Source: Octopus bimaculoides (taxonomy: Eukaryota). Taken from it: a stretch of 64,000 nt of DNA. The translations under genes were made by a program, and so were the position numbers. Location of the stretch: positions 39,147,720 to 39,211,719 of the forward strand of contig NC_069000.1 in the NCBI RefSeq assembly GCF_001194135.2. Reading direction: 5' to 3'. The notes beneath the pieces were generated by a model that made no database searches, was not told where the DNA came from, and worked only from the letters and a program-made list of their open reading frames with translations. Within the stretch, counting starts at the first letter, position 1. Every line of letters begins with the position of its first letter. Positions 51,148-63,557 of this stretch are shown piece by piece.

Positions 51148-51996
51148 TATATTCCTGTCAGACAATTTAGTCAGAGGATTAGAGGAAAACCGAAAGTGAT
51201 TGTGAGAGAACAGAGAAAGAATGGATTCATTTGTTTCGCCTGCCATAAGCGGAATTATACAGTCTCCGATTTTATTGATGATTCGGTAGCGAGATCGTAA
51301 AATCTCCAGTGCGACGGCTTGAATGTGTAGTGGCATTTATTTCGGCACTTGACCTTCCGAGTACATTTTCTTCCTCCCCCCCCCCGGTGCCGAAATTACG
51401 TACTAATCAAGGACTGGGCTTGAGATAATCGACAGCCCCCTCCCCTTAAAATTACTGGAATAGTTTTAAAATTTGAAGCCATTATGATTGGTGTGTAGTA
51501 CCTTTGTTACGCGTTGAATGTAATGCTATGCGTTCAATAATAGTTATGCGTTGAATAATAAATAGAACAGTGTAAATTACGAATCCAAAAGGAAGAGTTC
51601 CAGCCAACGCAGTCATTAATAGTGGATTTACAAAATGATGAGCAGACTTATTAAATATATTCTCACTTGAATGCCTTGAAACAAGTGTGTAAACCACAGC
51701 AATTAATGCATACCAAAACACGCACATTCGCATACACATACAAACAGATGCATACACAAGACTTTATTATTGTTGCGACCTGGGAATACAAGAAGATGAA
51801 ATGCTTGACTCAAATAATTTACCCTGAATAATCAGAAGATTTAAGATGGTTAGGAAACCACCAGCGAAGATTTTGGAAGAAACGTGAGACTGAATTCATT
51901 AAATAGTATCTCTATACGACCAAACTCTCTCTCACTTTCTCTCTCTTTTTTTCTCTCTCTCTCTCTCTATCCTCCCTTCTCTCTCCCTTCTCTCTC

Positions 51997-52031
<35 letters not shown>

Positions 52032-52090
52032 TCTCTGGTATTCGTGTTTCACTTTCTCTCTAGATTCCTATGCCTTTTAAATTTAAGGAA

Positions 52091-52478
52091 AACAAAAAAC
52101 AAAAAAACACTCAGTGAGCGCAAACCTCTGCCAAGGCAACCCCAATGTCCTCCCAACGATTAGTCAGAGATGATTTTTAAAATGAGAATATCTGAAATAA
52201 ACTCGATTGCTCTCACAAACGAGAATACTTAAATGAACCGGACTGCTCTCAAAAATTAAGTAAAAAAAAAAACAGGAAAAATAATGTTGAATCCTTGACC
52301 GGTTCAAGATCGATCCCAACATCTAATCACTTCGTGCTAGTCACGAGGCTGTATATCACTTGAAATATCATCTGAATCCATCCAGCGGTTCGTGAGATAT
52401 GCTGTCCACGGTCAAACAGACAAACAAACCAAACACGACTGAAAACAATACCTCCACCTTCGCCAAGTCGGAGGTAAA
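52091..52478. mobile_element. Helentron-associated non-autonomous element (HINE/DINE-1-like)
   Basis: One end aacactcagtgagcgcaaacctctgccaaggc. Internal gagatatgctg..acagacaaacaaac. The other end is the hairpin acctcc-accttcgccaagtc-ggaggt followed by an A run. Subterminal IR plus terminal hairpin in A/T-run flanks. Confidence 0.75.
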
Positions 52479-52624
52479 AATTATCAAAAATATTTTGCAA
52501 ATACTTTCCTCGATTATCATTCTGACTTGAGAATCTGTAACTGCGGGCAGAAAAATATAATTTAAAATTACAGAACATAACGAGATTATTTAAATAATTA
52601 TTAATTTCATTCAATGGGCCATCT

Positions 52625-52772
52625 ATGTCACATTCTCAGTCAGACTTTATCTTCTGGAGAACTACATGAAGGATACGTATGTAAGTGGATTGCTCAATTA
52701 CTTGTGTCTTAATTTCCCGAGCAGGCGGTCCCGTTGATCGAATAAACTGGAACGCTGATCGTCAATATGCAA
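52625..52772 (+). mobile_element. old copy of the (CAA)n-tailed retroposon family
   Basis: gagaactacatgaaggatac..gtggattgctcaattacttg..ttaatttcccgagcaggcggtcccgttgatcgaataaactggaac aligns to the reverse complement of 48940-49070. Confidence 0.75.
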
Positions 52773-53131
52773 GGGAAACGGTTGCATGATCAAGTACCTG
52801 CACGCCTTGAGAACTGTGTTGCGTAGAAACAAGTGTAGTGATTGAAAATAAATGCCTAACATTTAATCGTTTTTGATTCCAATTTTTTTTTTCCACTATT
52901 CGTACAAGACAGAAGCCCAAATGCAAACCTGGAATTACGTCTAAGACTACTACAGGATAGCACATGCTGAAATATGAAGGTGAACGAGCGTTATACCGTA
53001 CTCTACCACGTTGTTAATTGTATATACCATGAGTCATTATATACATATGCGTGTGGGTGTGTGCGTGTGTGTGTGTGCATGTGTATGTGTGTATATGTAT
53101 ATACATACACACGTATTCGCATATATACATA

Positions 53132-53167
<36 letters not shown>

Positions 53168-54021
53168 TATATGTATATATAAATATATATATGGATATAT
53201 ATGGATATATATAGATATATGTCGGTGTGTGAGTGTGTATTTACGTGTATGTGTATGTGTGTGTGTGTGTGTGTATAAAAGAAAATATGCATGCGTGTTG
53301 TGCCCATATATTGTATTAATCGTATCAGTGTAGAGAATATAGAAATATTAATTCTGTATTAAGCTATTACATATTTCTATAGTATTTACATATTTCTCCC
53401 TATCTACGAATGCATATGTAAATATTCTTTTGTGCCTTTTCAGGAACAATCAGTCTCTATGCGATTATAAAAATGTCGCTACATGCACATGCTGAAAATT
53501 AAATTATATCTGTGCACACGCCTACATATAAACACACACACACACTCATACACATGTGTGATTGTATGCATGTATGTACACTTATATATTTATTTCAGTT
53601 CTACTCAAAAATAAGCGCACGTTTGTACACATATACGGATACACAAACGCACGACTAAGGCGATGCCTTACATAATAGATTCACAGATATTATGCGTAGG
53701 TAGCTTATACGCCAATTACTTTGAATCAACATTAAATATATCGTTTCTGACGTTTGCATTCCTTCTGTTAGCAATGTTTTCTTTTTCCAATACACACTTA
53801 CATGTTTTGACAAATTGTTTACAAACCACTTTTCGGATAAGTCAATTAGAATATGTTTGTTTATTCACTGGATGATTCCACGAGAGTTTTAATTCGTTTA
53901 ACGAAACAAAGTAAATATTTTTGAATTTACCGCATAAAAGAAACGAATAAGAAATTTAAAAAAAAGGCGCACTGAACTTAGTCTTGATTATATATACATA
54001 TATATATATGTGTGTATATAT

Positions 54022-54220
54022 AAAGTAGTTCTACGCTGTCAACTTAACGTGACAGTCCCAATAAGGGAATCATACTACTGCTATTTAGCCCTAGGAAGCT
54101 GGACCGCTTCCTGTCGGCCTTGACACATTTTCTGTGTCCTTATGTTTACGAGGGGGAGACAAGCACATCCAGCCAGCCTAGCCTGCATTCAGGGACATGT
54201 TTCTGAGTTTTTGCTCGTCG
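54022..54220. repeat. unclassified repeat fragment fused to the broken end of the Tc1
   Basis: GC-richer, non-Tc1 sequence (gtagttctacgctgtcaacttaacgtgacagtccc..). Recognised only from memory as an octopus repeat. Confidence 0.3.
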
Positions 54221-54224
54221 TCAG

Positions 54225-54829
54225 GGACAAATTTTCTCGTCTAGGGACCAATTCTCTGGTCTTTTACTCCACTCTAAACGCTTTGCGACGTTTGTTTTTG
54301 AAAGTAGTGGATTTCTGATTACCGCTTTCCCTGCTAACAGTCTTTGTGGAAACTGGTTTCTCGAGGTGGTCATTAAGCTCTGCAGTAATTTTGGAGCTGC
54401 ACTTTCTTGATCCTTTCTAACAATTCGCGTAAGAATCCCACAGCCCCTATCTGAAAGTTTTGGTTTTCTTCCGGAGTTTTATTTCGAAGAGGAGGTTTTT
54501 CCCACTTTCTCAAAGGCTGTCATTATTTTCAAGAAAGTACTTCTTGATACACCAAACATTTCGGCTGTTTGTGTTACGCTAGCGCTTGCCATAAGAACGC
54601 CACACATTTGACCTCTTTAAAAGTTCGATAGATTTGTCATTTTAATGAATTTTAATTACCTTTTTCTGATGATATCTCAAAAGAAACAGCAATTTTAGAA
54701 AAACATATTAAGCAACACTAACAATAAATCCAAAACTCATAAAAATAAATAAGCTTTTGACGGTTTTATAGATATTTCAAAATAATGATGCTATGATGCT
54801 AAGTGTTCCGTTATTTTGTCCAACCCCTG
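54225..54829 (-). mobile_element. Tc1-family transposon, 5' half (left TIR plus paired-like HTH region)
   Basis: TA|caggggttggacaaaataacggaacac TIR at 54803-54831. From ATG 54640: MTNLSNF*RGQMCG..ASVTQTAEMFGVSRST..MTAFEKVGKTSSSK*NSGRKPKLSDR..LTRIVRKD. The DDE domain is missing. Confidence 0.88.
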
Positions 54830-54867
54830 TATATATGCTTATTCATATATATGCATTTGTATGTATG

Positions 54868-54901
<34 letters not shown>

Positions 54902-55038
54902 TATACATATTCATAAATATACATTTATATATTCATATATATTTATATGTATTTACATATATTTATTTACACACACATACACACACATACGGGCACACTC
55001 ACACACGCACGGGCGTACACACAGACACACACACACGG

Positions 55039-55086
<48 letters not shown>

Positions 55087-55309
55087 CCTTCAAGTTCGGT
55101 TATGTGAGGCAGTTTTGTATGCGCTTATAAAAATATCTTACGCTCTTTGTTCCGGCTACACTTTATTATTTCCATCTTGGAAAGTAATTTTATTGGATGC
55201 CAATTTTATGGGATACCAATTAGTCCGGTGCAGCTATAACGTAGGATATATAATATAGTATATAATAAAGTATAAACAATTAATATATACATACATATCT
55301 ATCTATCTT

Positions 55310-55455
55310 TCTATCTACCTACCTATCTACCTACCTACCTACCTACCTACCTACCTACCTACCTACCTACCTACCTACCTATCTACCTACCTACCTATTT
55401 ACGTACCTATGTATCTGTCTATCTATCAATCTGTCTCTCTGTCTATCTATCTGTC

Positions 55456-55520
<65 letters not shown>
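55310..55520. repeat. compound (CCTA)n / (CTAT)n / (CT)n microsatellite
   Basis: Read directly from the sequence. Confidence 0.95.
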
Positions 55521-55526
<6 letters not shown>

Positions 55527-55560
55527 ATATAAATAGGTAACAAGGTTGCTCAGATATTAA

Positions 55561-55647
55561 TACATTACAGCCGTTTCGAACGGCTCCATTTAATGGATCA
55601 ATGAAAACATCACATGAATTTGGAAGAAACCGCTCTCCTCAGACGTA
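55561..55647 (-). ncRNA. type I hammerhead ribozyme (Penelope-like element pLTR type), apparently intact
   Basis: Minus strand: tacgt-CTGAGGA-gagcgg-[46 nt]-ccgttc-GAAA-c-ggct-g-TA^atgta. Helix I tacgt/atgta (5 bp, 1 G.U), helix II gagcgg/ccgttc (6 bp, G10.1-C11.1), minimal helix III, GUA triplet. Confidence 0.8.
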
Positions 55648-55879
55648 GATGAACATATAGATTTTCAACATAATTGATAAACGATTCTTAATAAATTCAT
55701 ATCAATACTAGAAACCAAAGTATTTATATTGTCTCCTTAGTTCATATTTGTGACAGAATGAGTTTAGCAAAAAATACATATCTTGTTAAGCCTTCTATAA
55801 TTTAGAGAGTAGGAGAAGAAAATAGTGAGGGTTAAGATATAGGAGTGATGAGATACAACTCTCATTGGGCAAAGCTATC

Positions 55880-56425
55880 AATGTTCCTTCCTGTGGTTTA
55901 TTAGAGGTTTCACCTCTGTTTTCTGCTAAGAGTCACTTTAATCAGTAGGAACACGTTTTCCACTGCTGTTGTTTTCCAATACCCGTCTTTTAATATCTTC
56001 GAGCTCTACTTCTGTGGACCAATGATTTTTTTCTTATTGATCTAGTTTGATCTCATAATCTCTGTTCCTCTTTCTCTCTATTGATCATACATACATTGTG
56101 GGTACTCCCTAATATGTACACCATTCTCGTCTAAGGGGTTTCGCAGATAGTAACACTCCATGACCACAGCGTTGACTTGTTTGTTCCATCTACGCCGTGT
56201 GCTGGTACCTTGCTGGATAACGAGAGGCTCGAGTCGGACAGTATCTCTGAGTCTGCCTGGTCCAAACTGTCACCATCAAGGGCTTTAGTTTCATTGCCAC
56301 CGTCATTCACAATTTTGTTTTGTTCTTTCATCGTCACTCATATGATTATCAGATTGCGCAATTACCAGTGTTTTTATAGTGACACTATCACCAGATGTAT
56401 CATCAATCAGGGCATACCGCTTCCG

Positions 56426-56427
<2 letters not shown>
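55880..56427 (-). mobile_element. R4/Dong element, genuine 5' end (5' UTR plus ORF N-terminus) abutting (TAA)n
   Basis: Immediately after the (AAT)n tract come about 95 bp of leader, then RRRWNKQVNAVVMECYYLRNPLDENG..*RERG..QTRSIRKK..STEVELEDIKRRV, the Dong/R4 N-terminal signature as recalled. Confidence 0.75.
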
Positions 56428-56505
<78 letters not shown>

Positions 56506-56510
56506 TACTA
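56428..56510. repeat. (ATT)n microsatellite (Dong target)
   Basis: Read directly from the sequence. Confidence 0.95.
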
Positions 56511-56659
56511 CTATTTCCATTTAGTATTAAAAAGGTATTATAATATGTTGTTTAGTTTCAACTTTTGTCTTGTAATTGAGATAAGATTAAATATATATAT
56601 ATATGTATATGTTACTGATGTTCGCAATTTTGAATTTTTGAATTTCAAAAAACATTATA

Positions 56660-57130
56660 TTCATAAGTTTTGCTGCTTTTTACAGTTTTTGTAACTGTGC
56701 AGCCGTTTGAGGTTAAATATTCGGCAAGTTCTGTCGAACTACTGTTATTGTGCCTGACATCATATCTTACCCCATCGAATCTTTTGTTTAATTCTTCTGT
56801 TGTATAACCAACATATATCAAGCTGTGCTTTGTGCATTCTGCTGGCTACCCTAAAAGGTGATCTCTACACGTGCCACCTTCCTCCGTGTAAATCATAAAA
56901 TTTGTTATAAATCCTGATGGAATTCACTTCAGTCATGCTGTTGCATAATGAACAGGCCTTAACTCTCTTGCGGCTGTTTTCAAGGTACAGCTTGCAGAAA
57001 CTCCAATGTTAGTTTTCATGGAGTCAGAAGTAGAAGTTAATAATTGTTTAATATTTTTCTTCCTTCGAAAGGCTACAACAGGCGGTTGAGGAGCTATTTG
57101 TTTGAAACTGATATATAATGTTTTTCATAT
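56660..57130 (-). mobile_element. Penelope-like element relic: linker plus GIY-YIG endonuclease
   Basis: Minus PQPPVVAFRRKK..CSLCNSM..GGTCR..AECTKHSLIYVGYTTEELNKRF..RYDVRHNNSSSTELAEYL follows the PLE linker and GIY-YIG motif order. Frameshifted. Confidence 0.75.
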
Positions 57131-59466
57131 AGCTACATTAGTTTATGATCTCCGTTAAACTTCCACAGAGGCCCATCTGCTTTACCTCCTACCTAGTCCG
57201 GCGAATCGTACCAGTAACAGAATTCATATAACTAAGACATAAGAGTATCAATCAAATTCATACTTATATCTATTTGAGATCATGTCTAACATATTGATAA
57301 CATTACGCCAGCATTTCACAAAAGCGTACTATCCTGGTGAACTGATATTAAAGAAAGTTTCAATTCTCGGATGTGATTGCTTTAGGCAAACAATTAAAAT
57401 AAACATGCTGTTCTATGACACAAGTCATGCCATTCAATAGAATTCTGTGATTCTGCTTTGTAAAAAAGATGACATTTTATTCTGTTATCATAATTTTTAT
57501 TAATAACCCTACATTCAATGACTTCTAGATGTTTTTCTATTGGTATTTTATGTTTCCTTTCTTGTAACTAGTCATTATTTTCTAAATGTTTGAGCGAAAT
57601 GATGAAATTAAATATCTGAATTTGAAGTCATTGCAATAATAGAATATGCGGTGTCCTCAAAGATTATTATCAAATTAATTTCATTTCTAGTTTTCTTTGA
57701 TATTCAAATTTCCCTGCATTGCAATGACATAAAAGAACGATGAGTTTATGATGTTAATATGCCAGCCTCTGAGGACACAATGTTTGTTCTTAAACAAGCC
57801 CCACAAAATAAAGAGAATCTTCACAAGATGGTGTAAAATCTTTACTTTATTAACTTCATTTATTCAACTAACATGTTTGAGAAATTAGAAGACCTTCAAA
57901 TACTTTTAAATATCACTTTCTTAAACTATGCTTTTTCCGCTTATAGCTAAATATATCGGAATACTTGATAAAACTTAATTTGATCATATTATTCATACAA
58001 TGTCGAAAACAATGTTGTATAATTATTTTGTCAAATGCAGAATGTTAAAATAAAAAAATTATTTGAAATATGAACTCAGAAAAAACTTGGTGAGCTAAAA
58101 TGGTAATGGGTCTGTCGCTAACATTTTCACAAATTCATCAGATTGATACGCTTAATTACATTAGATGCTCTGTAATAATATCAAAATGTCGATAATACAT
58201 GTTTTGTGAATTAGAGTGCAGAACATTGAAGAGATTTCACTATTAAATCATGAATTAAAATTCTTTTTTGATATTTCGTTGTGATTAATTTATATTGCTT
58301 CACTTGGCCCGAGGTCTTGCAAAAATATGGTAAGATTAACTCACATCTCACCAGAGACCATAAAATATTTCGAAATTATTTAATATTGTTTATTTAATCA
58401 TGTTCCGATCATTGACTGAGCATTCTCCAACAGGAGTACGCTACCTTTTACAAACTATCCATTTCGAGATGGATTAAATGCTTTATTTCATAGATCGTAA
58501 CATCGCAGAATGAATTCCTATTTTGTATTATTTCCTATAATAAATATAACAGGAAGTAACGTGCTCTAAGTTCTCCTTTAGGGATCCAAGTTTCTTTTAT
58601 GCCGGCAAAATGTTTTTACAAATTCAGATCGAAAGAAACGTGTATGGTTATTAAGCACATGGTTTAACAGAACGAACGATTTCTAAATAATGGAGGATCT
58701 ACATATGTTGCTGTTTACACTAGATCCAATATACAGAAGTTATGGCTACATCATCGGTGTGTATATCATTGATTACTTACAATATTTTATTCATTTTTCT
58801 CAATGCAACTTTCTTAAGTTGGTCTTGGTTAGACTTAAGTGCGATACTATATGTTAACGCAAAACAATTACTGTAACCGTGATACATGTAATATTCAATA
58901 AACACATATATGGCTTTTGCGTTGCAAAAGATGTAAATACATTCTACACACTTTAGAAATTATAATTGTATGAAATAGATAATATAATTATTTAGTTGAG
59001 TGCTATATTTTAATAGCTAGGAGAGAATATGTTGCGTATAAATAGATATGAATTATTCTGTACTTGAAAGGTCTCTCTAATATCTTTCTAGAAATTTATG
59101 ATAACCATTAATGTGCTTTCACCTATTTATATTGAATAATATATATTGAATATATATTGAATATATATTGAATAATATATATTGAATAATATTTAGTGCT
59201 TTGTCTGTCGTTTGTTATCACTATGAATTCATTTTTATTTTAACGAAATTACTTGAACTCAACGATATTTTCAGTTTTCTTTCTCATAAAATTCAGTGAT
59301 TTATAGTTTATTCAAATCCTAAAAGCCGACTTCACGGGAACGGTTATATTAAGTCCTATCGAAGGAGAGGTCTCTTTGTATAATTAAAAGAAAATGCCGT
59401 GCAGGTTAATTTGAAGTGCAATCTGCATGACAATAATAGTCAAGTTAGTGCTAAGGAGATTTAACG

Positions 59467-59604
59467 TATTTATTCTTTATTGCCCTCAGTGGGCTAAACA
59501 TAGATGGGGAAAACAAGGACAGACAAAGGGATTAACTTAATTACATCGACCTCAGTGCGTAACTGGTAATTATTTAATCGACACCGAAAGGATGAAAGGC
59601 AAAG
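59467..59604 (-). mobile_element. SINE family B central domain with a different, Tx1-like tail (type iii)
   Basis: Minus ctttgcctttcatcctttcggtgtcgattaaataattaccagttacgcactgaggtcgatgtaat, then gtctgtccttgttttccccatctatgtttagcccactgagggcaataaagaat. Confidence 0.85.
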
Positions 59605-60120
59605 GTGGGGGTTATCGATTCCTTACTTGATTTTCTTGCGGTATCAAATATGCTGCTCATTGTTGGCGCTTGTAATGGTTGGAAATGCGCTGTATAATTT
59701 CTTGCGTTATGCAAGAGACTGACTGTAGACATTTAGGATCGAGGTGTAGCGCTTACGGTAAACCTGGGCGAGTGCAGTGTCTTTTAGTTTGTCAACACAA
59801 TATAAAAAGCAGCCATTGGATTAAAAACTTCACTTGATAGATAAATTTAACGAAACTCTTAATTCTTGTACATAGCTGCTGTACCTATCAGATTTCATTA
59901 AACTGTTTGTTCTTTTTCTTCTATAGAAGCCGTATTTGTGTCCATTCGTGCATTCTTTTGTTCACTCGCAGAATCTCAGTTGTTAAACGATTTCCGGATA
60001 GTATTTGCTAATTTCGTGATATTTCATTTATCAGTGCAATATTAATCACTGCACAAACATGCACAGCTGCAACAACAAACACAAAATAATAATTCTATGA
60101 ATGATAATAAATGTTGTGGT

Positions 60121-60374
60121 GCGTACTAACGATTCAGCCAGTTCGCTACCATAAATCACGAATTGATATTGCTTTCAAATGTTGGCACAATGTTAGCAAT
60201 TTCAAGGGAGGGCATAAGTCGACTACATCCACTCCAGCGCATAACTGGTACTTATTTTATCGAAACCGAAAGGATGAAAGGCTAAGTCGACCTCGGCGGG
60301 ATTTGAACTCATTTCACGAAATGCCGCTTATCATTTAGACGGGAGTGCCAATAATTCTACGAGTTCGCTGCCTT
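60121..60374 (-). mobile_element. SINE family B (tail type i) at 60168-60374, plus the head fragment of another copy at 60121-60152
   Basis: gctttcaaatgttggcacaatgttagcaatttc..ataactggtacttattttatcgaaaccgaaaggatgaaaggctaagtcgacctcggcgggatttgaactc..gagttcgctgcctt. Confidence 0.88.
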
Positions 60375-61140
60375 AAATCAGGAATTAATATTGAAATCAA
60401 CATCATACCTTGCAGCATAGCTTCTCAATGTGTCCCATTGAGCTCATTTTGTTCCCAATAGTTATTGCAAATACAAATTTCGTATGATTACGGAACAGAG
60501 ATAAACAGGATTTTTGTGGTTATTTTCCATTGTTTCAGATTACGAATGATTTCTATTCTCAAAAATATTTTGAAGATGTGGTATAATTCCGTCTTCCTAT
60601 CATCACTTCTCACCATATATTTAATTTGTTATCTGCATCCTTGTTTTCTTTTAAATATAATGATGTAATTTCGATTTTGTATTTGGACAGAAATGAAAAA
60701 AAAAATAGTCATTCATAGAAATGGGTAATTATACAGCGAAACTCGCGCCTGATTTTAAAAGTTATAATTTTCTCTTCGGCATGGAGTTCATAAATCATTC
60801 ACAGATTTTGCTGCAATACTTGATTTGATGCCGGACGATACTGACAGAATCCTCCCGCAAGTATAAATGGTTCGCAATGCCCGCGTATGGAATTACTCGC
60901 CATTCAGGTTCACATATAATATTCAGTTGCTAGGAAACGTCACTAAGTTTTGGGAGGCTCATTATACTTGCTAAAAAATTACGTGACTATTTATTACCAT
61001 TGAGCGGTGGTTAATCATGTTAATTGTGGTGGGGAGATGAACAAAGTTTTCAATAATTAACTTTCATTTCATCATGTTTATATTTTTAATCGTTCATCCT
61101 TGATGTTTATTCCATAGTTTTAATCTGACCCCAATCAGAT

Positions 61141-61188
61141 TGTGTTGTCCCCTCTATGTTTGGCCCCTTGTGGGTAATAAAGAGATAT
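61141..61188 (+). mobile_element. isolated Tx1-like / SINE type iii tail fragment
   Basis: tgtgttgtcccctctatgtttggccccttgtgggtaataaagagat matches both 36985-37030 and the reverse complement of 59467-59520. Confidence 0.75.
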
Positions 61189-63282
61189 TTCCATGATTAA
61201 CTATTTTTCAAATGCATAAATTATCTGCACCTTGTGTGCAAGTAAATATTTATCTCACATTTGACTCGCGGTTCAAATCTGCCTCGTATTTTCTGAAGGC
61301 TTTGTTCAAAAACGGCTGATTCTCTTTGGTTAGAAATTTATCGTTCAAAATATTTATGCACCAAAAGTAATAAATTAATCCGCTGACGATGATTTTTTCC
61401 TTTGTTAGAGAGTAGCGATTGTTTTGCCTTTATTTCACATCTAAGGCTTTTTTATGTGTGACGAGAAAATTCCTAAGGCATCTGAGGAGCCATATATCTG
61501 GTTCATTGTCAAAACATTCGTGGCATCGAAGTACGAATATAGCTGGGCAAACTCTTTCTATTTGCTTCTCTACGATGATATTAAAACTCGTTTCTTTTAT
61601 ATAATAAATGAAGTTGAATAGCTGAATTATCTAAACTGTGGTTCTCATACAAAATTCCTAACAAATTTACGTTAAGCTTCCTTTCCTCGACCCCCCCTTT
61701 TCGTCCCATATAATCAGTGAAATAAAATCAACATGCAAGAAAAAGAAAATTAATGTAAACTAAAAAAACACTAGACGAAATGATTCTTCAGTATATAGAT
61801 ATGCCCCCTTTTCTTTTGTATCGAACTCTCGTTAATACTCAAGGGAAAGGCATGAGTGTCACCATATTCTATTCCCATAAATATTAATGATTCATGCCTA
61901 TCTACTTAATCACTATTATGTTTCATTCAGCTAAGGTTATGAAAGGTATTCTTTTGGTATAAGCGTTCCCATTTCTTTTGACGGGGAACTTAATCTCAAC
62001 AGCAAATGACGATGATATATTTTAAGATAAAAAAACGATAAATCTTTTCGGTTCCTCAGAGTATATCGTACCCGTATCGAAATTTTATTTTGGAAGAACT
62101 ATACAATGTACGTTTTATGTCTGTAAGCAGAAGGGTTAAGACGGATAACTATCAAGATTTTATGAAAAACCATTATTCCAATCTCTGTAGGAATCGGAGC
62201 GGTTTTATTGTAACTTATAGAAATTCCTTTCACTTTGTTTCTTTCGTTTTTCCATGCTTTTCTCACAGTATCACGCTTTATTGAATATTCTTAGTCTGAA
62301 AGTATTTCATGTTCCTCTAGATTGTGCTAAAATATTCTTTCCTATTTCATGTACACACATGTGGCTTTGTGACGAACAGCTTATGAATAAATTCAAATCA
62401 TACGACAAACTAAATTTTTGCGAAGAACTGCCGAAGAATGTTGCAAAATTTTAGTGAAACATTAGAGAAATATAATGCTAAATGTTTATATATACGATGT
62501 AACACATTTGAAATCTAAAGAGAAAGTATCACAATTAACGAGGATTAAAGTAAAGTGTTTGAGACAATATTTGTAAAATGATGAGAAAATTCGAGATAGT
62601 CGAAAATACTTCCTTTGATATTGTCTTAAACTTATGAGGAATGTTCAGTGTCAATGTTTGTTTTACGGCGTCTTTGAAACTGGTAGTGGATACAAGGAAG
62701 AAGATGCGACAACGCACAGCATCTTACTGCTTCTGATGTACAAACTAACGCACTAATACGTGAAATTACTTTGATATGGCGTTCCGGTCCAAATGTCTGT
62801 GAGATATCTAACACCACTAACATTATGCAACACCTGCGAAAGCAACTTCCATAGAAAGTACCACTGTGATGTTATACAATTTAAATTCATAGTCAAAAGC
62901 ATTATCGAGATTTTACGTTCTTTACTTGCTACCTGGGTATAGATAACCTATCGCCGGATATGAATAATAGCATCTTGTACAACACGACCGTTTACTATCG
63001 CTTACATTCACAGATTACAGAATATTGCAAACACACAGGGATTGCTTTCCTATCAGCATCATTTGTCTCTCATTAATAAATAATAAAAAAAATGAAATTA
63101 TTTCAAAAGACAGATTTATTTACAATGTAAAGTAAGTTTAAAAGTTATTTTATCCAATGTATTTGCTAGTGCATTTCATAGTCAGACGAAATAAAAAAAT
63201 TTGAACTCGGCATCGTAAACTTTATTTAAAATGTCACTCTTGGGATTAAAAATGAAGCGACATAGAAATAAGTGGGAGAGAA

Positions 63283-63370
<88 letters not shown>

Positions 63371-63432
63371 TTTGTTGTTGTTGTTGTTGTTGTTGTTGTT
63401 AATAATAATAATAATATTAATAATAATAATAA
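63283..63432. repeat. compound (ATT)n-(GTT)n-(AAT)n microsatellite
   Basis: Read directly from the sequence. Confidence 0.95.
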
Positions 63433-63433
63433 T

Positions 63434-63557
63434 CTTTTCTACTCTAGGAACACGGCCTGAAAATTTTGGGGAGGGGGCCAGTCGATTAGATTTACCCCAG
63501 TACGCAACTGGTACTTAGTTTATCGACCCCGAAAGGATGAAAGACAAAGTCGACTTC
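63434..63557 (-). mobile_element. SINE family B (tail type ii), 5'-truncated, embedded in (AAT)n
   Basis: cttttctactctaggaacacggcctgaaaattttggggagggggccagtcgattag..aactggtacttagtttatcgaccccgaaaggatgaaagacaaagtcgacttc, with (aat)n on both sides. Confidence 0.88.

Noticed and set aside
63434-63557. SINE mobilised by Dong because it sits in (AAT)n
   Set aside because: On its sense strand the flank is (ATT)n, the opposite orientation to the Dong (AAT)n tail, and its tail shows no similarity to the Dong 3' UTR at 35040-35137.
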